Shown: in pieces, positions 17,548 to 29,500 of the stretch
Layout of the letters: every line of letters begins with the position of its first letter
How positions within the stretch are numbered: the stretch's first letter is position 1
Assembly: GCA_903913885.1 (NCBI GenBank)
Contig: CAIWMX010000061.1
Span: forward strand, 11,891 to 75,890
Source: an uncultured Bacteroidales bacterium
GTDB taxonomy: Bacteria; Bacteroidota; Bacteroidia; Bacteroidales; FEN-979
Length of the DNA: 64,000 nucleotides
Reading direction: 5' to 3'
Position numbers and translations under genes: made by a program
Notes under the pieces: generated by a model
What the model was told of the DNA's origin: nothing
What the model saw: only the letters and a program-made list of their open reading frames with translations
The model's database searches: none

Positions 17548-20500
17548 ATGCTTCATACAATAAAATATTGCTTAACGAGAATGAAATCTATCCATTGGAG
17601 AAATTTCATTTTGACCACATTGATCTTATTGCTCTTTAATCGGCCAACATTGGCACAAAATGTAACACAGGTCGAATATTTCACAGATACAGACCCTGGC
17701 TATGGCCTTGGAATAAATGTCCCGATCACTCCTGAGCCCAACTTTTCGGATTTAGTTTTTCCAATTGATTTAACAGCCATTTCTCCCGGATTTCATAACC
17801 TGTATGTGAGGTCTAAAGATGAGTACCTGAAATGGAGTTTGACAGCAGTTAGACCCTTTTATAAGGAAAGTCCTAACAATTTAGCGTTACCCAATATAAT
17901 ACAGGTTGAATATTTTATTGACAATGACCCCGGTAACGGGCTGGCAACGAATGCTCCCATCGTTCCCGGCACAAACTTGTCCAACCTTGTTTTTCCAATT
18001 GATATAGGTGCTATCGCACCAGGTTTTCATAATCTTTATGTCAGATCAAAGGACGCTTATCTGAAATGGAGTTTAACCGCTGTCAGGCCCTTTTACAAGG
18101 AAACTGCAGGCATGTTGTCCCTACCCAACATAAGCCAGGTTGAATATTTTATCGACAATGATCCCGGTAACGGGCTGGCAAAGAATGTTCCTATCGTACC
18201 CGGCACTAATTTATCCAACCTGATTTTTCCAATTGATGTTGGTGCTGTCTCACCAGGTTTTCATAATCTTTATGTCAGATCAAAGGACGCTTACCAGAAA
18301 TGGAGTTTGACAGCAGTTAAACCCTTTTATACTGAAAGTCCTAACAATTTTGTGTTACCCAATATTACACAGGTTGAATATTTTATCGACAATGATCCCG
18401 GTAATGGGCTCGCTACAAATGTTTCCATCGTCCCAGGTACAAATTTGTCCAACCTGATTTTTCCAATTGATGTGGGTGCCATCTCACCAGGATTTCACAA
18501 TCTTTTTGTCAGATCAAAGGACGCTTACCAGAAATGGAGCTTGACAGCAGTGCGTCCGCTTTATAAGGAAATCGCCAACATAACCCTTCCCAATGTCACC
18601 AAAGTAGAATATTTTATTGATGCCGACCCTGGACACGGGTTGGGAACCAATGTGCCGGTCATACCAGGTTATAACCTGGCCAATGTAACTTTCCTGGCCG
18701 ATTTGACATGTGTTTCGCACGGAAAACATCATTTATATGTCAGAGCCCGGGATAACAATGGGAAATGGAGTCTTACAAATGATGATACAATAACCAGCAC
18801 AGGCCCATTTATCAATGCATCAGGTTCAACAAATATTTGTCCCGGGCAGTCTGTCCAACTTAAGGCCCCCACTGGCCCCGGAAGAACTTATCAATGGCAT
18901 AAGGATAATTCACCTATTTCCAATGGCACCGATTCAATATTTTTGGCTACAGAAATCGGGAGTTATTATGTTCAGATCGTCGATGCAGGCGTTTGCACAG
19001 ACACCAGCAATGTCCTTACGGTTACCCTAAAGTCAGGAAGTCTGACTCCAACTATAACCGGAGCAAGTCCAGTTTGTGTCGGCACCCAGGGGATCATTTA
19101 TACTACTGAATCGGGGATGACCGGATATTCATGGTCTGTTTCATCAGGCGGATCAATAATGAGCGGTTCGAATACAAACAACGTCACCGTTAACTGGAAT
19201 GTCGCCGGTGCGCAAACCATCAACGTGACCTATGCTAACAGTGTCGGCTGTACTGCTTCTCCAACAATAATGAATGTGACAGTAAACCCTTTATTGCCAG
19301 TTAGTGTAACTATTGCAGCCTCTATTAACCCCTCTTGTTCAGGAACCTCTGTTATATTTACAGCAACTCAAACCAACGGAGGCAATTCACCTTCCTACCA
19401 ATGGATAAATGGTGGCATAAATATTCCAGGAGCCACAAATTCAACCTATACGTATACCCCTGTGATTGGAGATACTATATCATGTCAACTTACTTCCAGC
19501 ATACAATGCCCAATCGGTAATCCGGTTGTTTCGACACCGATTGTAATGACCGTTAACGCATCTCCTAATACCCCATTATCAGGGGCAAATATAAGTTCAC
19601 CTATCCAGATAGTCTGGGCCTGGAGTTCAGTAGTTGCCGCAACAGGATATAAATGGAATACAATCAACAATTATGCAACAGCAACCGATATTGGGACTGC
19701 CACAACAAAAACAGAAACAGGCCTAACTTGCAGCACTTCATATACCCGATATGTATGGGCATACAATGGGTGTGGCAATTCCATTGCTCTTATCCTGACT
19801 CAGTCAACATCACCATGTTTTACAACTTGTGGCCAAACCCTTACTGACAGCCGGGATGGCCAAAACTACAATACAGTTCAAATCGGCAACCAATGCTGGA
19901 TGGCTCAGAACCTTAATGTAGGCCAACAAATAAATAGTTCGGGCTATCAATCGAATAACGGAATCATTGAAAAGACATGTATCAACAACTTAGAATCAAA
20001 TTGCACTATTTATGGTGGGATGTATCAATGGGATGAATTAATGAATTATACTTCTTCCAGTTCTACAATTCCTAGTGGTCGTCAAGGGATTTGTCCAATA
20101 GGTTGGCATTTACCTTCGGATGCTGAATGGTGCCAAGTTACGACCTATCTGGATCCTACTATGAATTGCTCAGCAACTGGTTGGTTGGGTAGTGATGCAG
20201 GAGCCAAGATGAAAGAAACAGGAATTTTGCATTGGGCAAATCCAAATATTGCTTCAAATATTAGTGGTTTCACGGCACTACCCGGTGGCGCCTATAGCCG
20301 TTTTGGCAGTACTTTCTATCTTTTCCTTAATGCGTCATATTTCTGGTCTGCAACAGAGAATGGTGGCAATGGATGGAATTATGAAATGGGCAATAATATT
20401 TCACAGATTCACAGACAGGGAGATGCGACGAGCATGTATTTATTTTCCGCCCGGTGCATAATGGATTGTGATATGCCTGTCGCTCCTATGTTTGGAATAA

Positions 20501-23500
20501 TTAACACCTCACCTTCTCAAATTATTTGGAACTGGAACCCGGTTTCAGGGGCAAGTGGTTACAAATGGAACACAACCAACGACTATGCTTCCGCACAAGA
20601 TCTGGGCACAGCAACAACTAAAACTCAAACGGGGCTAACCTGTAATACCCCTTACACCTGCTATGTTTGGGCGTACAATACGTGTGGTCATTCTACTTCA
20701 TTAGCACTAAATCAGTCAACGTCACCATGCTTCACAACATGTGGCCAACCCCTTACTGACAGCCGAGATGGACAAAGCTACAATACGGTCCTAATCGGCA
20801 GTCAATGCTGGATGGCCCAAAATCTTAATGTGGGCGCAAAAATTAATGTGCCTGCCAGGCAAATAAACAACGGTTTGATTGAAAAGTTTTGTTTCAATAA
20901 TGATGAAGCAAATTGTTCAATTTATGGAGGATTGTATCAATGGGATGAGTTGCTTAATTATTCCTCTTCAGGCAATTCAAATCCAGGCAATCTGAGAGGC
21001 ATTTGTCCATTTGGATGGCATGTTCCGACTGATTTTGAATGGTGCCAGATGGAAATGTTTCTTGACCCAACAGTAAATTGTAGCATTTCCGGGTGGAGCG
21101 GAACGGATATTGCCGGAAAGTTAAAGGAAACAGGGACAGTACATTGGCAAAGTCCTAACACTGGCGCGACAAATAGTAGTGGATTCACAGCTCTTCCTGC
21201 TGGTTATGGATTTGGTGGTTATGGATTTTCCTTCTACGATCTCAATTACACGGCTTACTTTTGGACTTCAACAGTTAGTCCGCCAGTAATGGATTGGAGC
21301 CGAATCTTAGACTATAACAATTCACAGATACAACGACATGACCCGGACTGGGATAACGGTTTTTCAGCAAGGTGTATCTATGATACCTGTAGCTCTATAC
21401 TCTATGCACCAGCTCTGGGCGTCAATATTCCTACCAATAATCAAATTATCTGGAACTGGAGTACGGTAACAGGTGCAAACGGTTACAAATGGAACTCAAC
21501 CAACGATTACACCACGGCACAAGACCTGGGGACAAACACCTCAAAAACAGAAACCGGATTACTCTGTAATACGACCTACAACCGCTATGTTTGGGCATAT
21601 AATCTTTGTGGAAATTCGATATCAACCCAATTGACCCAAGCAACCTCTGATTGTGGGATACCCTGTCCTGGAATCCCAACATTAACTTATGAAGGCAAAA
21701 CCTATCATACTGTCCAAATCGGTGAACAATGCTGGATGAAAGAAAACCTGAATGTTGGCACAAAAATTAACGGCAGCCAGGACCAAACAAATAACAATAT
21801 CATTGAAAAGTACTGTTACAATGATATTGATTCTAATTGCAGTATTTATGGAGGACTGTATCAATGGGATGAGATGATGAATTATACCACTTCAAGTAGT
21901 GCCAATCCAAGTGACAGGCAAGGGATTTGCCCGACAGGCTGGCATATACCATCAGATGTTGAATGGTGCCAAATGGAAACATATCTCGATCTTACAGTTA
22001 ATTGTACTTATATTGGATGGAATGGAACTGATATAGGTGGAAAACTAAAGGAAACTGGGACAGTTCATTGGCTTAGCCCCAATATAGGAGCCTCTAATAG
22101 TAGTGGATTCACAGCATTACCTGGTGGTTATAGACATTATTTTGGAGAATTTTGGAGTTTTGCAGGGGCATACCTATGGTCATCCACTGAAATTTCTTCG
22201 ACAGTTTCATTGAATTATCACCTAAGTTCCCCAAGTACCCAAATCCTGCGAGATAACAACCCAAAGTCTGACGGTTTTTCCATTCGGTGCATTAAAGGTT
22301 GTGATAATCCTGAAACTCCTAATGGCGGCACCAATGTGCCTGCTCCAATGCAAATCATATGGAACTGGCTCCCCGTTTCTGGTGCAACCGGTTACAGATG
22401 GAGCACAACCAACGATTATTCATCATCAATTGATGTCGGAACAGCAACCACAAAAACCCAGCCCGGTTTATCATGCAATACTGCTTACACCTGCTATGTT
22501 TGGGCCTACAATGGCTGCGGCTATTCGATGGCCTTACAGATGAATCAAACTACTTCGATGAATCCTGCTGTGAATGTATCAATTTCTGCTTCGGGCAATC
22601 CTGTGTGTAATGGAACCACGGTCACTTTCACAGCAACATCAGTCAGTCCGGGAACATCTCCTGTTTATCAATGGCAAGTCAATGGCTCAAACGAAGGAAT
22701 TAACAGTTCCGTGTATTCGTATTCACCAATGAATGGTGATATTGTTAAATGTATTTTGACGTCAAATGATCCGTGTGTACTGGTTCATTCCGACACATCC
22801 AATAATATCACCATGACGGTTAACCAAGTTTTTCCGGTAAGTGTCAGTATTACATCATCCGCCAACCCCGTATGCTCAGGATCTTCAGCCACCTTCACGG
22901 CAACACCCTCCAACGGCGGCTCAAACCCCGCATACCAGTGGAAAGTCAATGGCAGCAATGCCGGCAGCAACAACCCGTCATACAGTTACATCCCGGTTGC
23001 CGGCGACCAGGTCTCCTGCGTTATGACCTCGAATGCCAGTTGTCCTTCGGGAAATCCTGCCACATCCAACTCCATAACCATGGCCCTGACGTCCACAACC
23101 CCGGTCAGTGTTTCGATCACGCGATCAGCCGACAATGTGTGCCAGGGAACCGCAGTCTCTTTTACAGCGGCGGCAGTCAATCCCGGCACATCACCTGTTT
23201 ACCAATGGAAGGTCAACGGATCCGGCACCGGGACAAACAGCCCATCCTTTACCTACACCCCGGCCAACAATGATGTTGTGACCTGTTCTCTTTACGGGGA
23301 TGTAACCTGTCCCTCGCCCAACCCGGCTATCTCCAACTCCCTTACCATGTCGGTCGTGTCTGCCCCGGCTGCCCCGGCCAGTGGCGGAAACCAGGCCAGT
23401 TGTTCTAACGCCCTGCCCGGAACCTTAACGGCCGCGGCGCCATCGGGCAGTGTAGTGGATTGGTATACCGCCCCCGGCGGCGGCACTTTGCTGCAATCTG

Positions 23501-26500
23501 CATCCAACACGTTCGTCACATCAACCGCAGGAATTTATTATGCAGAATCACGGAACACCACGACCGGGTGCACCAGTCTTGCCAGGACAGCGATAACGCT
23601 AACCATCAATTCTGCAATTCAATATTTTGCCGATGCCGATGGCGATGGCTACGGCAATCCGTTAGTTTCGCTGATGGCATGCAGCCAGCCGGCCGGCTAT
23701 GTCACCAACAGCACCGACTGCAATGACAACGACGCCACGGTGCATGCCCTTCATCTATATTACGTGGATGCCGATGGCGATGGTTATGGCTCCACCACCA
23801 CGGCCATGCTTTGCTCGAACACGGCTCCTCCGGGTTATTCATCCAACAACCTCGACTGCAACGACAATGACCCGTCGATCAACCCGGGGGCGCAATACTT
23901 TACCCCAACCGGCAACCCGGGGTTTACCGGCACGATCGTTTCGCCGCTGGAAGGATCTTCCTATACCACCTTCCATTTTGAAGCGGATTACCACGACCTG
24001 ACAAATTTCCTGCCTCCTGCAGGTTATCCCAGGCTGATCCTTGACTACGAGGGAGATGGCAACTTTGCCGGGCCCAACGATCGCACCATTGTCATGACCC
24101 AATCCGATCCATCGGACACCACTACCAATAATGGCAAACGTTACTTCGCCAATGTTGACGGGTTACTGTATGGGTCCTCCTGGCAGTCCAGGATCATTGT
24201 CAGCGATGGCGGAAACTGTACGACCACCTTCGGTCCGTTCAATGCCCCCGACGTGTTGCAAGCGCCCAACCTCGTGATCTTTGCCAACGACATCTCTTTC
24301 AGCAATGCGCATCCTGATCCGTCAACCGCGGTTATGGTTTATGCTGCCGTGCACAACGAATCGGATTTTACTGCCCAGAACTTCGTGGTCCACCTGGTCA
24401 ACCAGTATGATCCAACGCTTGTTTATCCTGATGTTACGGTAGTCAGCATCGCACCCCATGCAACAACAACAGTTCAATGGACCATCACCACGCCTTCGAT
24501 CCCGGCATGGTGCCCGATGCAGGTAACGGTCGACTACACCAATGTGATCGCGGAAGCCAATGAACTCGACAATACCGCGGTCCGCCCCTTCGTCTGCGGC
24601 AATTACCAGATGCCTGGCGGCATTTCCTGCAGTGGAGCGGTGACGCCTGCCGTGTCTTATTCTTCGGTCAATAATACCCTGCAGTTAAGCGGAAATGCCA
24701 GCTATTACGGACTGGCGATCCCGTTGCCCAATCCCGGTGTGGCCGGTGCTACCGTAGAATTCCAGATCACCGAGACCACCGCGATCTATTCAGGCTATAC
24801 CGATCTGAACGGGAACTACACCATTTATTTCCCGGGTCCGCTGCCCACAGGATCCTATCATATAGCCGGGACCATCACGGATTACACCTTTACCGGGACT
24901 TTCACGGCCCAGTTCTCCATTATTCCGCACACCACCCTGCCCAACCTTGTTCTGCAATATTGCCATTCAATGAGTGTGCAGCCCCAGGATCCGCAATATC
25001 CCGGAACAGGCACCCTGGTTGCCCACGTGCTGAACAATGGCGGCACTCCCGCCGCCGGACCAATCCAGGTTGAGTTCACCTATGGAACAGGCGCCTTTTT
25101 CATCGGTCAATCCGATGCAACGCTGGGAGCCGGGCAGTCGGTTGATATATCGGTGACAAAACAGTTACCACCACCCGCCACAACCACCCTGACTGCCTAT
25201 GCCGACCCGTTCGACCTTGTAACAGAATCGGATGAATCGGATAACTCGGCCACCGACAACATGTGCTGGGATTTCCAGCCGGTTGGTTTTGGTTATTGCG
25301 GCTGGAATTTCTGGAATACCTCCTACCAGGTCAACCAGTCGGCCACGCTGTCGGTGGGACTAAATTCCTACTACTTGTACGATGCCAGCCAGGTTAAGGT
25401 AAAGTTTGAAGTCAGCGGACCGGGGATCACCGGAACCATGAACCTGGGGAACGGTACCGTGAACAATGTGACCAAAAACTGTTATTGTCCCTATGCGGTG
25501 GTCTTACCCACCCAATTTACTTTTAGCCACACCGGAACCTATACTTTCACGATTACAGCTGATCCGGATAACGAATATGTTGAATGCAACGAAGCAAACA
25601 ATGTGCTTGTGGTTACTGTTTATGTTTATGAGCCGGTTGTCCCGAATCCCCAGCCAAATCTGACGTTTTACAGTTGTCATCCTGTGGAAGTCCAGCCTGT
25701 CAATCCCCAGTACCCGGGCACGGCCAGCCTGGTCAGCCACATTATCAATAATGGGGATGCCATAGCCATAGGTCCAATCCAGGTTGAATTTTCTTATTCC
25801 ACCGTGGGAACGTTCACCGGTCAGTACACCGGGAACCTGGCTCCCGGCCAAACAGTTGATATTACTGCCATCGCGACCCTTCCGCCGCCCGCAACCTCGC
25901 TGCTTACTGCAACAATCGATCCCCAGCACCTGGTAACGGAATCGAATGAGTCTGATAACACCACGTCGGATGATATGTGCTGGGATTTCCAACCGGCACC
26001 ACTCTGCGGACCCTATGGCACAAATTTCTGGGAACACACCTACAACATCAACCAGTCAACCTACCTGTCGGTTGGCTTGTCAGCCTATCATCTTTATAAA
26101 GCCACACCGGTAAAAGTCAGATTCGAGGTTTCAGGTCCCGGGATCACGGGCACCTTGTACCTGGGAACGGCCCTGGTGAATGATGTCACCAAGACCTGCT
26201 CCTGCCCCTACGGAGCATCAATCCCTTTGCCGTTCACCTTCTTTGACCCGGGAACCTATACCTTTACGATGACGGCAGATCCTGACCATGAGTATACGGA
26301 GTGCAATGAATCCAACAACATCCTGGTTGAACAGGTTGCCGTGGTCAACCCCCTGCCCGATATGCGTATCCTGTCGCAGTACCTTAACCCGTCGCTGCTG
26401 AATCCGTCGCCAAACCAGGCGATCTCCTTTGTGGTGACCTACGACAATGTGGGGGTTACCAATGTGAATGATGTCATGAAGATGAAGGTGCTGATCGACA

Positions 26501-29500
26501 CAACTCTTTTTGCTACGGTTTATCCTTTGCCCGGGCTCGCTTCGGGAGATCACAACAGTGTGGCCATCCCGGGAACCTGGGTAAGCAGCCTGCCCGGGGT
26601 GCATGTGATCCGCGGGATCATCGACGCCGATCATGTCATTACCGAACTGGATGAAACAAACAATGATGCAACCCGGTCGTTTATCGTCGGGGAGGCCGCC
26701 AATCTCTACTTCCAGGCATTTGCACCTTCCGACTCCATGCCCCAGCTGGGCGACAATATCCTGATCCATGCCCGGATCGGCAACGGCGGAGCGCAGAACT
26801 GCAATTCGACCCTGCAGGTATTATATATCAATGACAATGCCGACACCGTGATGATCGGGCAAACGCCCTTTTCCATCCAGGGAAGGGACAGTGTATCGAT
26901 GATCCTGCCATGGACCGTTGCCGATAATTCGACCACCCTGGTCGGGAAGATCGTGAACACCATCGTCATGGAGTTCAACTATAACGACAACCTCACTACG
27001 GCCAACCTGGGAGGATACCAGGTAACCCTTACTGCCACCCCGGGTTGCGAAGGCGTTACCGCCGGATCGCTTACCGCGTATGCCTCCGGGGGCGTAACGC
27101 CTTACCTGTACAGCTGGAACAATGGCTACCTTGGTCAAACCTACAGCGGCGCCCCGGGAACCTATGTGGTTACCGTCTCCGACGGAAACGGCCAGGTGAG
27201 GACGGCTACCGGGACCATCTCGGTTTACCCCCTGCCGGTCCCGGCCATATCCGGTCCCACCTCAATCTGCGGGATCCCATCATCCGGCAATGTCTACTCG
27301 ACCGAGGCAGGCATGACCAATTATTCATGGACTATTTCACCGGGCGGCGCCATCACCTCAGGCGTCGGAACGAACGCGATTACCGTTACCTGGAGCACCA
27401 CCGGGGCGCGGTTTGTCAAAGTTTCGTACACCGACACCCATGGCTGCGCTGCTGCAGCTTCAACGGTGAAAAATGTAACCGTCTACCCGCTGCCCATCCC
27501 GGCATTAACTGGCCCTGTGTCAGCCTGCAAAGGTTCAACAGGTCATGTTTACACTACCGACAGCGGGATGACCGGGTATACATGGTATGTCTCCGCGGGA
27601 GGGACAATTACAGCAGGAGGCACATCCACGGATAATACAGTTACCGAGACCTGGAATACTTCCGGCGCGCAGAGTGTAAGCGTGAACTATACCAATGCCA
27701 ATGGGTGTACGGCCGCATCCCCCGCTAACCTGCCGGTTTCTGTCAAACCTTTGCCAATTCCAACCATAACCGGTACCACTTCCGTTTGTACCGGGAGTCC
27801 CGGGATTACCTATTCGACGGAATCGTCGATGACCGGCTATACATGGTCGGTGTCGCCGGGAGGATCAGTAACCGCCGGGGGTACCTCTTCCAGCCACACC
27901 GTAACGGTTATCTGGAACGTTCCCGGACCACAAACCGTTGGCGTCAATTATACCAATGGAAATGGATGTACGGCCAGCAGTCCGACGAGTTATCCGGTTA
28001 CGGTCAACTCACCGCCTGTACCTTCCATTACCGGCCCCACTACCGTATGTGTAAACTCTACCGGTAACGTTTATACCACCCAGACTGGAATGTCGTCCTA
28101 TACCTGGACGATTTCTACCGGGGGAACCATCACTGCCGGGGGCACCACTTCGAGCAATTCCGTCACCGTTACGTGGACCTCATCGGGTTCAAAGACCGTC
28201 AGTGTTTCTTGTACAAATACGAATGGATGTGCAGCGATTACACCAACAACATTGGGTGTAACTGTTAATCCTGCACCCCTGCCAACCCTTTCAGGACCCT
28301 CCTCCCCGATGGTCAATTCGACGGGCAATGTCTATACGACCCAGGGCGGGATGTCGGCCTATACATGGACCGTCTCGGGTGGTGGAAGCATTACCTCGGG
28401 AGGCACTTCCGGCAGCAATTCCGTAACGGTAACCTGGATAACGCCCGGTGCCAATACAGTGAGCGTTAATTACAGCAACAGCAATGGATGTTCCGGAGCC
28501 ACGGCAACCAGTTATCCTGTTACCGTCATCCCGCTTTCGGCGCCTGTCATTACCGGCCCATCCGCGGCATGTGCAGGTTCGACCGGGAATGTGTATGTTA
28601 CACAAACCGGGATGACGGCATACACCTGGAGTATTTCATCGGGAGGCACCATCACTTCCGGGGGCAGCGGCACCGACCACACCGTCACCGTGACCTGGAA
28701 TAACCCGGGTACCCAAACCGTCAGCGTCAATTATACCGACAACTATGGTTATACCCCGGCATCTCCTACCAGTTACCCGGTGACCGTTAATGCCATGCCC
28801 TCGCCCACCCTTGCCGGGCCTGCAGTTGTCTGTGCAAGTTCAACCGGAAATGTCTACACAACCCAGTCGGGGATGTCGGGTTATTCCTGGACTGTTTCTG
28901 CCGGAGGTTCGATAACAACCGGAGGAACATCAGCAAGCAACAATGTGACCATAAGCTGGATCACAGCAGGGCTAAACTCGGTAAGTGTTAATTACACCAA
29001 TGGTAATGGTTGCACAGCCGTTTCAGCGGGCAGTTATGCCGTCACCGTCAATCCGCAACCAATCCCAGTGATCTCCGGAAACTCCTCGGTCTGTATCAAT
29101 TCAACGGGGAATGTCTATACTACCCAGCCGGGCATGTCGGCCTACACCTGGACCATTTCATCCGGAGGAAGCATTACCGGAGGTGGCAGTTCATCCTCCA
29201 GCAGCGCGACGGTTACCTGGAACAATGCTGGTCAGCAAACCATAGGCGTTAATTATACCAATGGATATGGCTGCAGCGCAACCTCCCCGGGAACCCGTGC
29301 AGTGCAGGTGCAGGCAGCGCCGATCCCGGTCATTACCGGACCAACTTCCGTGTGTGTCGGGGCTACCGGGGTGGTTTACACCACCGAAGCGGGGATGATC
29401 GCGTATACCTGGATTGTATCGTCCGGGGGCACGATCACGTCGGGAGGCAGCGCCAGCAGTCATTCAGTCACCATCACCTGGAATACAACCGGGTCGCAAA

